From: Desulfurococcales archaeon
Lineage (GTDB): Archaea; Thermoproteota; Thermoprotei_A; Sulfolobales; Acidilobaceae
Assembly: GCA_015521185.1 (NCBI GenBank)
Contig: WAOS01000018.1
Location: forward strand, 2,007-66,006
Length of the DNA stretch: 64,000 bases
Reading direction: 5' to 3'
Shown here: piece by piece, positions 35,027-44,828 of the stretch
How positions within the stretch are numbered: the first letter of the stretch is position 1
Layout: each line of letters starts with the position of its first letter
The notes under the pieces: model-generated
What the model was told of the DNA's origin: nothing
What the model saw: only the letters and a program-made list of their open reading frames with translations
Database searches by the model: none
Translations under genes and position numbers: made by a program

Positions 35027-35291
35027 CCGATACTCGCTGCCGAGAAGACCAGCCGACACCCTTCTCTCCTCTACCGGCTCGACCCTCTTCCAAACTAAGC
35101 GGAGGATCACGCGCGGAGACACCCCGAGAGGGCGTACGTGTCGGAGGCCTCGCCGTAATATAAAGAGGAGCTGGGAACCCTGTGCTAATGGGGGCCTGCT
35201 CTTGAAGGGTACACGCGATACTTGCCCGCTCTGCGGGCGCACGTTCGAGGTTCTAACTACGAAGGATGGGAAGAGAATAATTATTCGGGGA

Positions 35292-35738
35292 ATGTGTAGT
35301 TGGGATAAGGACAAGGTTATTCGTTTCTACGAGAAGCTTAGCTTAGAAACTATCTATACGAGATTTTTCAGTATCATACGGTATTTCGAGCCCTATGTTA
35401 ACAAGTTGATTAAGGAGGGCGCTTTTGTTATTGTTGCGGAGGACGCCGATACCGGCGAGATCGTGGGGATAGCGGAGGCAATACCCCAGGGCGAGGTGGC
35501 AGAGGGCGGCATAGTTGTTCTCGAGGAGTATCAGGGGAAGGGGATAGGCATGGCCATGGCGAGAGCCCTCAACAGGGTCCTGTACGAGAGGGGCATAAAG
35601 AAAGTTGTGGGCTACATACTTCCGGATAATATCAAAGCCTTCCGCCTCGTTAAACGGCTAGGAGGGAGACTAGCAAGGTACTACGAGTCAATGATTCTGG
35701 CCGAAGTCCCTGTTAGGCCCCCGGAGGAGGCCTCGTAG
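35292..35738 (+). CDS. GNAT-family N-acetyltransferase
   Basis: The acetyl-CoA motif A VVLEEYQGKGIGMAMARAL places this protein in the GNAT family. Trimmed to ATG 35292, because the longer form is antisense to the preceding gene. Confidence 0.7.
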   Translation: MCSWDKDKVIRFYEKLSLETIYTRFFSIIRYFEPYVNKLIKEGAFVIVAEDADTGEIVGIAEAIPQGEVAEGGIVVLEEYQGKGIGMAMARALNRVLYERGIKKVVGYILPDNIKAFRLVKRLGGRLARYYESMILAEVPVRPPEEAS

Positions 35739-36566
35739 TTCGCCAAGCGTCAGCTTGGCCCTTGCAACTACGTTCTGCGGATGAATACTCTCGTAGCTCT
35801 CGACCTCCGCGCTAATAATGGTATCGTCACCGTATCCCAGGCTTTCGAGAACCACCGCAGCCTGCACGAGAGCATCCCGCACCACGTCTTCGGCCAGCTT
35901 AGGGTTTTCATGTGCCCTTAGAACGAGCATAGCCTCGTCGCTCCTGCGAAGGACGCTCCTAGCTGGGGCAGAGAACGCCCTGAAAGCTGCCTGGGCTAGG
36001 CGCTCGATCCTGACCAGGGGGCCTGGCGATACGGTGACGGTCAGGGTTAGCCGCGCCTTCTGGCTGTGAGTTGGGCCCGCGCGGAGGTTGTGGCCGAGCA
36101 TCTCCCTCAGCGTCTGCTGAGCGCTCGGGCATGCAGTCATCCCGTATACGCTGACCTGCACTGTCCAGAGCTCTCTTCCCCCGGCTTTCTCGACTCGTAC
36201 GCGAACGTCCACGGGCTCCTCCCCAGGAGGCCCCTGGATGCCTGGATCTACGAAGTAGCTGGTGCTGGCTTCTACGACAGCCTTCGTAGCATAGGGATGC
36301 TTTTCTATGAGTCTCGAGGCTATCTTGCTCAGGAATGATTCTATGCTCTCGTCGCCCTCGGCTTCCCCTACTGCCTCGAGTATAGCATAGTAGTTGCGCG
36401 AGAGATGTGCCCCTCTCTGAGTTGGGGGGAGCCCCACGCAGACATCTATGCTCGCGACGAGGGTAATCCCCCCACCGCCGCGGACCAGTATACGCTTCCT
36501 TATCCCGCGGAATCCCACGCACTCTAGGGGTATCCCCACTCTCGGCTTCTCGTCTTGGACTTCCAA
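35688..36566 (-). CDS. mptA: GTP cyclohydrolase MptA/FolE2 (type IB/IV) family
   Basis: LEVQDEKPRVGIPLECVGFRGIRKRILV... and PPTQRGAHLSRNY (family motif KG.HMSR). Start chosen at TTG 36566 (GTG 36539 is also possible). The longer track ORF overlaps pheT extensively. Confidence 0.75.
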   Translation of the reverse strand: MEVQDEKPRVGIPLECVGFRGIRKRILVRGGGGITLVASIDVCVGLPPTQRGAHLSRNYYAILEAVGEAEGDESIESFLSKIASRLIEKHPYATKAVVEASTSYFVDPGIQGPPGEEPVDVRVRVEKAGGRELWTVQVSVYGMTACPSAQQTLREMLGHNLRAGPTHSQKARLTLTVTVSPGPLVRIERLAQAAFRAFSAPARSVLRRSDEAMLVLRAHENPKLAEDVVRDALVQAAVVLESLGYGDDTIISAEVESYESIHPQNVVARAKLTLGELRGLLRGPNRDFGQNH

Positions 36567-38194
36567 GCAAGCAACACCCCCAGCCTGACCTCGGCGAGAG
36601 CCACCGGGTACTCTATGCCTAGTCTCTCCAGCACTTCCGGGCTGACCTCGCCCACATAGCCCAGGTACTCGCCCCCGAGATACAGGGACGCGCATCTCCC
36701 TTCTATCATGTATGGCAGGGCGCACCCAGCACGCGCTAACGGCTGGGCTCCTAGGGCCCGGAGAGCAGCGTATAGGGGGGCCTGCAGCATCTCTATGCTA
36801 ACCTCGGAGTCCATCAGCATCATCCCGAGTCTCTCCTCCTCACGTATGGTCCCGCTCTCCTCGGTTACAACCGACCCTATCTCGAAGACTTTGACAGGCT
36901 TCTCAGCATGCTGATTTTCCCTAGCAACCGCTATGAGGCCCGGCGCTAGGCTCGGCCTGAGCACGCTGTACTCGAGCTGAACAGGGTTCTCGACTCTCAC
37001 CCCACTAATGCCGAGAGCCTCCAGCAGTCTCGGACTAGTCAGCGTCAGACTCGCCACCTCAGTAAAACCAAGCCCTATGGATAGTCTACGGACCGCCCTG
37101 GAGAGCAGCGTGGAATCGAGCAAGGAGCCCCTCATGACCGGCCTCTCATATAGAGGGCCTAGAGAGTCGTATCCTACAGCCATCGCAATATCTTCGACCA
37201 GATCGATCTCTCCTATAACGTCTGCTCTGAAGGGCGGCACATCCACGACCAGCCGGTGCCCCCTAATCTCGGAGGCCCTATGCCTCATGTACTCGAGAAG
37301 TCTCGCCGCCTCTGAAGGGGTGACCTCGTAGCCTAGGATCCTGCTGATACTGTCCTGGCTAATCTCAACCCTCTTCCATTCTAGAAGGGGCGTCTCACCC
37401 TTCATGTATGGCGCGTCAACCTCTACCGTACCAATGATTGCGCCCCTCTCAGAAAGGTTTGATACTATAATGTCTAGCACCTTCTTCACGGTGTTAAAGT
37501 CGGTGCCTGTTACGTCTATGAAGAGGTTCCTAGTTCTGGGGCCCAGCCTTGTAATCTCCGAGTTTATTACGGGGGGCATAGCTATGATCTCGCTCCCCGC
37601 GACAAGGAAGGGATGCTCCCCACCTCTAAGGGATATGCGCCCGTATATTCTCCCCTGCTCCGTCTCTTCGAGCACCCTAGCCGCGCTTATCGGCTCGGCG
37701 CTCCCTAGTGGTACGAACTTTGTGGTTTCCACGGGCATACTAGTATACTTGATAATCCTGGAGGGAAGCTTGTCTAGGTCGTGGAAGCCTATTGCCGCCT
37801 TCCTCCGCCTCCTCCCTATGGTGTCGTGCAGCTTCTCCTGAAACTGTATGAGTTGCCGTAGGTCGTCTTCACCACTTATGTTAACATTCCATACAACGGC
37901 CGCCACGACATAGGGTCTAGAGGGCACGTTATCCACGATAAGCTTCAGGCCGGAGGGCCTCGTCTCTGGCTGCTGCCACGAGCGTTCCAGCCTCGTAATG
38001 CCCCGGACCGCCCTAGCTATGCCCTCAAGGGAGTACATGTCGGGGCGGTCCGGGTTCACTTCGACCTCGATCTCGCCAGTATCGAGTATGTCGGTCTCAC
38101 ACTTAAGCCTGAACAGAGCGTCTCTAATCTCCTCAACACTACTCATGCCGGTGGCCTTGAGAAGCATCTCAACGGGGAAGCGCAGGACAGGCAC
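36524..38194 (-). CDS. pheT: Phenylalanyl-tRNA synthetase beta subunit
   Basis: 556 aa with the archaeal PheT layout (B1/B3-4/B5 and a class II-like C-terminal domain). It lies directly downstream of pheS. Confidence 0.93.
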   Translation of the reverse strand: MPVLRFPVEMLLKATGMSSVEEIRDALFRLKCETDILDTGEIEVEVNPDRPDMYSLEGIARAVRGITRLERSWQQPETRPSGLKLIVDNVPSRPYVVAAVVWNVNISGEDDLRQLIQFQEKLHDTIGRRRRKAAIGFHDLDKLPSRIIKYTSMPVETTKFVPLGSAEPISAARVLEETEQGRIYGRISLRGGEHPFLVAGSEIIAMPPVINSEITRLGPRTRNLFIDVTGTDFNTVKKVLDIIVSNLSERGAIIGTVEVDAPYMKGETPLLEWKRVEISQDSISRILGYEVTPSEAARLLEYMRHRASEIRGHRLVVDVPPFRADVIGEIDLVEDIAMAVGYDSLGPLYERPVMRGSLLDSTLLSRAVRRLSIGLGFTEVASLTLTSPRLLEALGISGVRVENPVQLEYSVLRPSLAPGLIAVARENQHAEKPVKVFEIGSVVTEESGTIREEERLGMMLMDSEVSIEMLQAPLYAALRALGAQPLARAGCALPYMIEGRCASLYLGGEYLGYVGEVSPEVLERLGIEYPVALAEVRLGVLLAWKSKTRSREWGYP

Positions 38195-38200
38195 GCGGCT

Positions 38201-39664
38201 TCACCTCCAGTCGATCACCCTCCTACGAAGAACATCGAGCCTCCTAGTGTAGAGGGTCCTTATGTCTCTGAAACCGTAGTACACGGCCGCTAGCCTCTCA
38301 ACACCGAAACCCCACGCACCAACGGGGTAGTCGACGCCAGCCATCTCGAGCACCTCGGGCCTCATCATTCCCGCCCCGAACAGCTCTAGCCAGCGGCCGC
38401 CTGGGAGGCGGACATATCCCTCAACGCTGGGCTCCGTGAATGGGAAGTAGGCCGGCTTGAACTTGACTTCCAAGCCAAGCCTGGCGGAGATCTCCTTGAG
38501 GACTCCTAGGAGTTCCCTAAACGTGTAGCCGTAATCCCCGTCGAGCCCGTCTAGCTGGTGGAACTCTGGGAGGTGGGTAGCATCTACCACATCGCTCCTA
38601 AACACCCTCCCCACAGTGAAGACTCTCAGCGGGGCCCTGGGTCTCCCCGCTAGGACTCGCGCGCTGACAGCAGTTGTCTGGCTGCGGAGGACTAGGCGGA
38701 GCGCCTGGTCCTGCCTCCACTTGTAGCCCCAGCCCTCACTATGGACTCGGGCCACCCTCTCCAGGAGGGAGGGCTCGGGCTTCTCCTCCACACTATAGCC
38801 CTGGCCTACGCGTAGCGTGTCGTGTATCTCTCTCGCTGGGTGATCCTGCGGCTGGAATAGTAGGTCGAAGTTGTATAGTTCGAGCTCAACCATAGGTCCG
38901 GAGACCTCTCGGAAGCCCATCTCCTTCATTATATCTCTGAGCATCTCTATGAAATCCGTCAAGTAATGGGTCATCGCGGGATACACTCTAGGAGGCTCGG
39001 CCTCAACATTGTACCTTCTAAGCGCGTACATTCTCCACGAGCCGGTCCGCAGCATCTCATGCGTTAGCCTCGAAGCCTCTACAGCCACTGTTTCCAAGAG
39101 TTGCTCCGGCGGGGCTACAAGCTTGAAGGTTTTCCTCTTCGATACGACTACCCTAGCTAGCCCTCTCTTGATCAAGTCTTCCGGGACCTCTTCCAGAGCG
39201 CCCTGCCCCGCCTGTTCGAGCAGCTCCTTGAGCACGGAAACCCTTCTCATCGCCTCTTCTGGAGGCACAGCAAGCTCGACGAAGCCCTGGGATACACGAG
39301 CTAAGCCGCTGCGGACCGCTATACCTATAGCGACGCCTGCCTCGCCGCCCAGAGCCTTCTTGACCTCCTCGACACTCGCCCGCCCATCCCGCTCGAGGAG
39401 CAGCCTAACGAGTTTCTCTTCGGGGAGCCCCTCCTCGAGAGCCTTCCTCCCACGAGGCGTAAGCTCGATTCTACGATCCACAGCCTCGAAGACCCGAGCC
39501 AGCCCCTTATCGGCTAGGAGCGCTAAGAGGCTCTCTAACGTGCTCTTGGGCAAGCCTGTGGCGCTAGAAGCCTCTTCTAGACTAGCCTCGGCGAGACCCG
39601 CCTTAGCGAGGCGAAGTAGTAGCTCGTACTCTCCCTTGCTTACTGGCACCTTAGGTTTACTCAT
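38201..39664 (-). CDS. pheS: Phenylalanyl-tRNA synthetase alpha subunit
   Basis: N-terminal wHTH repeats, then the class II core: FQPQDHPAREIHDT, motif 2 FRSDVVDATHLPEFHQLDG, and motif 3 GFGVERLA. Confidence 0.95.
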   Translation of the reverse strand: MSKPKVPVSKGEYELLLRLAKAGLAEASLEEASSATGLPKSTLESLLALLADKGLARVFEAVDRRIELTPRGRKALEEGLPEEKLVRLLLERDGRASVEEVKKALGGEAGVAIGIAVRSGLARVSQGFVELAVPPEEAMRRVSVLKELLEQAGQGALEEVPEDLIKRGLARVVVSKRKTFKLVAPPEQLLETVAVEASRLTHEMLRTGSWRMYALRRYNVEAEPPRVYPAMTHYLTDFIEMLRDIMKEMGFREVSGPMVELELYNFDLLFQPQDHPAREIHDTLRVGQGYSVEEKPEPSLLERVARVHSEGWGYKWRQDQALRLVLRSQTTAVSARVLAGRPRAPLRVFTVGRVFRSDVVDATHLPEFHQLDGLDGDYGYTFRELLGVLKEISARLGLEVKFKPAYFPFTEPSVEGYVRLPGGRWLELFGAGMMRPEVLEMAGVDYPVGAWGFGVERLAAVYYGFRDIRTLYTRRLDVLRRRVIDWR

Positions 39665-39736
39665 CCTCGGGAGCCCCTCCCTATCGCCTCCAGGAGGCGT
39701 GCAGCGAATTAACCCTTGCCTGCAGCCACTCAGTAA

Positions 39737-39744
39737 TTATATAT
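39737..39744 (+). promoter_or_regulatory. Candidate TATA box TTATATAT for the AT-rich three-gene cassette
   Basis: It is centred about 28 nt upstream of ATG 39769, consistent with a leaderless transcript. Confidence 0.45.
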
Positions 39745-39768
39745 ACTGGTAGTCAGTATCATTGATTA

Positions 39769-40098
39769 ATGGATATCGTTTACAACCAAGCTATCACGAG
39801 GTGTTATCGAATGTCCGATAAGAGTGAATTTATAAGTATATTTCTTATAATTCTCGGTGTTATCCTACTAGTAGTTGTGTTCGTTCAGGGATACAACGCT
39901 TACAAGACGTACAGTCTAGAGATTAAGGCTCCACAGGGCGATACCGCGACTATACTGGGAATAAGCGTCCAAGTGCTGATTAACCTTCTGGTCAAGATAG
40001 CATTCCTAGGAATTGCGCTGGCAGCAGGATCAGTCATACTAGGTAAAGGGGTCGACCTCCTCAAGAAGTGCCCACCCGCGGAGAAGAGCGGTGAGTGA
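39769..40098 (+). CDS. Hypothetical two-helix membrane protein (cassette gene 1)
   Basis: Hydrophobic helices FISIFLIILGVILLVVVFV and IAFLGIALAAGSVILG. The coding sequence is AT-rich. Confidence 0.5.
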   Translation: MDIVYNQAITRCYRMSDKSEFISIFLIILGVILLVVVFVQGYNAYKTYSLEIKAPQGDTATILGISVQVLINLLVKIAFLGIALAAGSVILGKGVDLLKKCPPAEKSGE

Positions 40099-40124
40099 TT
40101 TGTTAGGCTGCGGGGGAGGCGTGT

Positions 40125-40484
40125 TTGAGGGGCCTATCGCTCTTGATATTTGTTGCTGGCCTACTGCTCATGGCAGCCGCGTCAGCGCCTCTAATAGAGT
40201 TTTATGAGACAGCGGATAACATCGTCTTACAATCTAACGTAAAAGGAAACATCTTGACTATAACTATAAAATATAATGATAGTGTTAGGATGACCGATTA
40301 TCGGTTAGCAATCTATTACGGGAAGAAACTCCTGAACGAGACTAGCGGGGACGTGTTAATGCCGGGATCCAAAGCTAATGTTAGCATTAATCTCGACGAT
40401 GTTCCGGATGTTGAGAAAATTGAGATAGTCTTCCAGGGCAAAATAGACGGACTCTACTATGTTAGCCTTCGTCTGCACAGGTGA
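40125..40484 (+). CDS. Hypothetical exported protein with a class III (type IV pilin-like) signal-peptide look (cassette gene 2)
   Basis: MRG|LSLLIFVAGLLLMAAASAPLI has a short basic N-terminus and an R-G junction, followed by an uninterrupted hydrophobic helix. After that comes a beta-rich region with N-x-S/T sites (NDS, NET, NVS). Confidence 0.45.
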   Translation: MRGLSLLIFVAGLLLMAAASAPLIEFYETADNIVLQSNVKGNILTITIKYNDSVRMTDYRLAIYYGKKLLNETSGDVLMPGSKANVSINLDDVPDVEKIEIVFQGKIDGLYYVSLRLHR

Positions 40485-40936
40485 TTGCGATGGCGAGGAG
40501 TATCTCATGGTACGTTAAGGAGGCTCTGAAGGGCGTTCTAGACGCCGCGTTACTAGTAATCCTCTACCTCGAGATTTTCCCGCTATTAATGGAGAGGCTA
40601 TACGAGAGCATGGGATACTCAGCGCCCAACTACGTGTCTTCTGTATACCTAACGGTGCTAGTCGGTATATCGATTCTGACTATCTCAGCCCGGCTACTCA
40701 GAGATACATTCCTCGAGCCTGTTCTCCGGGCTAGCGCTAATCTCATGGGCATACTGTATGTGCTCTCCTACCTGGGAACGGACACTCTAGTGGAGGTGAA
40801 CAACATCCCGGCCGGCGACTATATGCTTGATATAAAGTTCGATCTAGGCCCGCTACTGCTTATATTCTTCGGCTTCTTCGTCGCTCCCGGAGTGATAATG
40901 CCTTTCATCTCATACTATGTGAGGGAGAGGGATTGA
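40481..40936 (+). CDS. Hypothetical four-helix membrane protein (cassette gene 3)
   Basis: It overlaps gene 2 by 4 nt and has four hydrophobic segments. Its stop codon is 1 nt from the convergent gltX stop. Confidence 0.5.
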   Translation: MIAMARSISWYVKEALKGVLDAALLVILYLEIFPLLMERLYESMGYSAPNYVSSVYLTVLVGISILTISARLLRDTFLEPVLRASANLMGILYVLSYLGTDTLVEVNNIPAGDYMLDIKFDLGPLLLIFFGFFVAPGVIMPFISYYVRERD

Positions 40937-40937
40937 C

Positions 40938-42653
40938 TTATTCGTGCGTAAAAATGGCTATGACACTGTCGCTAACGCTGTCGATCCGGACAAAGCCGAA
41001 CCTAACGAACTGCAGCCTACTATCAACCCCGTACTCCCGCAGCGCCGCCTCGGCATAGCCACCCACTTTTTTGAGTTCGAGGCCCTCGGGGACTAGGACC
41101 TCAGTCCTGACAGCATCCCTGGCGGGGGCGAACTGTATTATCGGTAGCTTCCTGGCTCTAGCATACTCTAAGCTTTCGTTCACGAACACAAGCTTATCGT
41201 TCTCCACGCGGAAGTTACCCATACCCATAAGTCGGACCTCTCCCCGCTCAGCATCGCTCTTCGTGATATACACCTTATCGCCTGGGCACAGTCTGATCCT
41301 CCTCTTCCTCTCCGGCCTATCGGGATGGTACGGTATTTCGCCTTCTATGCAAGAAGGCGATTCTACCCTCAGCAGGACGGGCTCGCTAACGAACATTATC
41401 CTGTCTGCTATAGGGTCGAGAAGCTTCCTGTTGACTGCTGCTAAGTTCGACCAGCTTATCTTAGCGTCTCCCGGCTTTATGCCGACGCTGATTATCACTT
41501 CTCTTATCGCTTCCGGCAGTATCCCCCTCCTACGTAAGCCTGCTATAGTCCCGAACCTCGGGTCATCGTATCCTAGGAAGCGTCCCGGGTTCTCCTCGAT
41601 AAGCCTCCTTATGTAGCTCTTGCTCATGATGAAGCCTTCCAGCTTGAGCCTGCCGAAGTGGATGAATGTCGGCGGCTCCCACCCCATGCATCTGTATACG
41701 TAGAGCTGTTTCTCGGTGTTCACTTGGTGCTCCTTGCCTCTCAAGACATGCGTGACACCCATTAAGTGGTCGTCCACGCTGACCGCGAAGTTATAGGTCG
41801 GCCAGACCCAGTACTTAGAGCCGACTATGGGGTGAGGATGCTTCTCCGTATCTATTATTCTCATGGCGACCCAGTCCCTAACGCTAGGGTTGGGGTGCCT
41901 CGGATCCGTTTTCATCCTTAGAACAGCTTCGCCCTCACCGTACTCCCTGTTAATCATTTTTTCGAACTGCTCTAGCTGCCACTCGACAGGCTTATCCCGC
42001 GTCTCGCAGTACTTGCCCGCTCTCAGAAGCTCCCTGCTCTTCTCCCCGCATAAATCTACGTATGCGCACCCCCTGCGTATGATCTCGCGCGCTATATCGT
42101 AGTATATCGGCATCCTAAGGCTCTGAATGTGCTCCTCGTGCCAGACGACGCCTAGCCATTTCAAGTCTTCTTTTATGAGATCGTAGGCCTCCTTCATGGG
42201 TTTCTTAGTCCTGGGGTCCGTGTCCTCGAATCGGAGAATCATCTTGCCGCGATACATCTTCGCGTACTCATCGCTTAGTATTGCAGGTCTAGCGTTGCCG
42301 AGGTGAATAACGAAGTCTGGATTAGGAGCGAACCTCGTGACTACCTGGCCTGGCCTCGCGTTGGGTAGTGGTGGGAGGCCCTTCTTCTCCTCTTTCTTAG
42401 GCTTCTCCTGGAGTAGCCACGCGTACTCCTCCTCAAGGATTCTCCTCTGCTCGTCCAGGCTGAGCTTGTTGACTTCCGAAACTATCTCCGAGGCCAGCTT
42501 AGCTATCTCCCTGGCCTTGGGCTTGAGGTCCGGCCGGTCCGCTAGGACCTTTCCCACGACGCTCCCAACTTTTGCTTTGCCGCCGTGGAGAACCGCGTCC
42601 TTGAGGGCGTAGCCTCGTATTAGCTTCCTTAGCTCCTCGACCTCTTGGGACAT
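40938..42653 (-). CDS. gltX: Glutamyl-tRNA synthetase
   Basis: Archaeal/eukaryal-type GluRS: RFAPNPDFVIHLGNARPAIL (HIGH), a KMSKS-type loop FIMSKSYI, and a C-terminal anticodon-binding beta-barrel region. Confidence 0.95.
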   Translation of the reverse strand: MSQEVEELRKLIRGYALKDAVLHGGKAKVGSVVGKVLADRPDLKPKAREIAKLASEIVSEVNKLSLDEQRRILEEEYAWLLQEKPKKEEKKGLPPLPNARPGQVVTRFAPNPDFVIHLGNARPAILSDEYAKMYRGKMILRFEDTDPRTKKPMKEAYDLIKEDLKWLGVVWHEEHIQSLRMPIYYDIAREIIRRGCAYVDLCGEKSRELLRAGKYCETRDKPVEWQLEQFEKMINREYGEGEAVLRMKTDPRHPNPSVRDWVAMRIIDTEKHPHPIVGSKYWVWPTYNFAVSVDDHLMGVTHVLRGKEHQVNTEKQLYVYRCMGWEPPTFIHFGRLKLEGFIMSKSYIRRLIEENPGRFLGYDDPRFGTIAGLRRRGILPEAIREVIISVGIKPGDAKISWSNLAAVNRKLLDPIADRIMFVSEPVLLRVESPSCIEGEIPYHPDRPERKRRIRLCPGDKVYITKSDAERGEVRLMGMGNFRVENDKLVFVNESLEYARARKLPIIQFAPARDAVRTEVLVPEGLELKKVGGYAEAALREYGVDSRLQFVRFGFVRIDSVSDSVIAIFTHE

Positions 42654-42672
42654 CCCTCTTCAACCCCCGCCT

Positions 42673-43707
42673 CTACTTTTCGCGCTCGACAACGAACCTA
42701 GCTAGCTCCTTGAGAGCTTCCGCTGCCTCTTCGTCCTCTACCTCCCTTATCTCGTCTATTATCTGAATAGCTTCGTCGGCGAATCTTCTCGCGAGATCCT
42801 CCGCATAGCTTAGGGCTCCTGTCTCCCGTATCACGTTGGCTACTTTCTCGAGCTCCTCTGGATCGCCGGTAAGCTTTCTCTCGAGCACTCGCCTAATAAG
42901 CTCCTTAGCCTCACCCTCAGCATGTCGGTAGGCGTATAGGACTAGCAGGGTCTTCTTACCTCTGATAAGATCGTTGTAGCGCGGTTTCCCTGTCTTGCGG
43001 GGGTCGCCGAAGACTCCGAGGATATCGTCTCTTATCTGAAACGCGAGGCCAACGTATTTCCCGTATGTGCCCATTGCCTCGAGGATCGGCATCCAGCCCT
43101 GATCGAGCTCCTCTGCTGCCGCTACAACGCCTAGCTTCGCGGAGGCTTCGAGGAGGGCTCCCGTCTTGAGATATATCATCTTGAGGTAATCATGGTAGTC
43201 GACAACCGTCTTCTCCTCAAACATCATATCCATCGCCTGGCCCTCGCTTACGCGGACCGCCGCCTCGGTTAGGATGTTGAACGCCCAAGCTAGGTTAGTG
43301 GGCTTCTCGCCGAGGTTCCTAGCGTGGCTTATGGCGCGGTAGCTTAGAGCGTATGCCAGGTCTCCGGCGAGTATTGCGAACGCCTCTCCGTAGACTTTGT
43401 GTGTTGTGGGCACGCCTCTGCGGAAGTCGTCCTTATCCATTATGTCGTCATGTATGAGCGTGAAGTTGTGAAATAGCTCCACGGCCGCAGCGTAGGGGAG
43501 GGCGTACATCTCTCCCTCGCTCCCCGCAAGCATCCTAGCAGTCGCCATAACGACGAATGGGCGAACCCTCTTTCCTCCGGCTCGGTAGAGGTGTAGAGCG
43601 GCCTCGTAAACCTCGGGAGGGCTCCCTCTAGCTATCTCCGTGTATACGAACCAGTCAACCCTGGAAGCGTATTTTCTGCGAAGCCGCTCTAGCACGCTCT
43701 CACTCAA
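42673..43707 (-). CDS. idsA: (E)-polyprenyl diphosphate synthase, GGPP synthase-like
   Basis: First Asp-rich motif LIHDDIMDKDDFRRG and second Asp-rich motif FQIRDDILGV. The product chain length cannot be read from the sequence alone. Confidence 0.88.
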   Translation of the reverse strand: MSESVLERLRRKYASRVDWFVYTEIARGSPPEVYEAALHLYRAGGKRVRPFVVMATARMLAGSEGEMYALPYAAAVELFHNFTLIHDDIMDKDDFRRGVPTTHKVYGEAFAILAGDLAYALSYRAISHARNLGEKPTNLAWAFNILTEAAVRVSEGQAMDMMFEEKTVVDYHDYLKMIYLKTGALLEASAKLGVVAAAEELDQGWMPILEAMGTYGKYVGLAFQIRDDILGVFGDPRKTGKPRYNDLIRGKKTLLVLYAYRHAEGEAKELIRRVLERKLTGDPEELEKVANVIRETGALSYAEDLARRFADEAIQIIDEIREVEDEEAAEALKELARFVVEREK

Positions 43708-44828
43708 TTTTTCACCCCAAGGAGTCTAGCTAGTCTGCCCCGCAATAAGTACGAATCCACATCTATGCCCCTCTGCTCCGCCTCCCAGCGGAGCCTGCCC
43801 CATAATGTGATGGGGGCGCGCCAGAGGTCCTCAGGTCTTCTACCTCCAGTCATGAGAATAATTGTTTTTATGTTATAGATGATATTTTTGAGGAATCGTA
43901 GAGCGGCCTCCCTACCGCCCCTCATAACGGCTTGGAGCACGGGGCGAGCCATGCCAGCGATGTCTGCTCCGAGGGCTATAGCCTTAGCAGCGTCCAGCCC
44001 AGTCCGTACACCGCCACTACCAACTATGTAGCTACTCGGGGCAGCGTCTCTAGTCTCGATTATCGCGAGAGCCGTGGGATTCCCCCAGCGGTCCGCCAGC
44101 TCGCCCGGAGGCCTATAGTCGGGGCTTCCCGCTCTCGCGGCCTCCACCTTTATCCAACTCGTCCCTCCGAGGCCGGACACGTCGAAGCATCTTATGCCCA
44201 GCCTGTAGAGGAGGCGGACCGCCTCGCGTGAAAGGCCTGCCCCGGTCTCCTTAACAATAACGGGGACGCCGAGGCTCTCGGCAATATCTAGTATTTTGCT
44301 TAGCGCTGAGAACTCTCTGTCTCCCTCAGCCTGGTAAAGTTCCTGGCCCACATTAAGGTGTATTGCGAGCGCGTCGGCACTTATCATCTCCACAGCCCTC
44401 CTCGCCTCCCTCAGGGAGTAGGACTTAGCGAGCTGGGGGAGCCCGAGGTTAGCGACGACGAACGCTGTCGGAGCGGCCTCCCTCATGACCCGAAAGGTAT
44501 ACTCCACCCCGGGATCCTCAATGCCCGCTCTCTGGCTGCCAACGCCGACAGCTATGCGTAGAGACTCGGCGACTTCCCCGAGAACCCTGTTTATGTTAGC
44601 AGTACTCGGGTGGCCCCCAGTCATTCCCGTTATCATTAGCGGGGCTCCTAGCTTGGCCCCGCAGAACTCCTTCTCGAGGCTCACGTCCTCCAGATCTACT
44701 TCGGGCAGGGGATTGTGGACTATTCTGACGTACTCCAGTAGGGTGGTTTCCCTGCTTTCAACGTCGCGCTCCACGGTCAGCCTTATATGGTCTAGCTTTC
44801 TAGAGCTTGTCTCCTCGCTCACTGTCAT
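43704..44828 (-). CDS. fni: Type 2 isopentenyl-diphosphate delta-isomerase (FMN-dependent)
   Basis: Contains KLDHIRL, APLMITGMTGG, VIVKETGAGLS, DVSGLGGTSW and SGGVRTGLD. Confidence 0.92.
   Translation of the reverse strand: MTVSEETSSRKLDHIRLTVERDVESRETTLLEYVRIVHNPLPEVDLEDVSLEKEFCGAKLGAPLMITGMTGGHPSTANINRVLGEVAESLRIAVGVGSQRAGIEDPGVEYTFRVMREAAPTAFVVANLGLPQLAKSYSLREARRAVEMISADALAIHLNVGQELYQAEGDREFSALSKILDIAESLGVPVIVKETGAGLSREAVRLLYRLGIRCFDVSGLGGTSWIKVEAARAGSPDYRPPGELADRWGNPTALAIIETRDAAPSSYIVGSGGVRTGLDAAKAIALGADIAGMARPVLQAVMRGGREAALRFLKNIIYNIKTIILMTGGRRPEDLWRAPITLWGRLRWEAEQRGIDVDSYLLRGRLARLLGVKN

Noticed and set aside
42673-43707. Calling the prenyl synthase specifically GGPP (C20) or farnesylgeranyl (C25) synthase.
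   Set aside because: Chain length depends on residues around the first Asp-rich motif, which I cannot evaluate reliably by eye. I left it as GGPPS-like.
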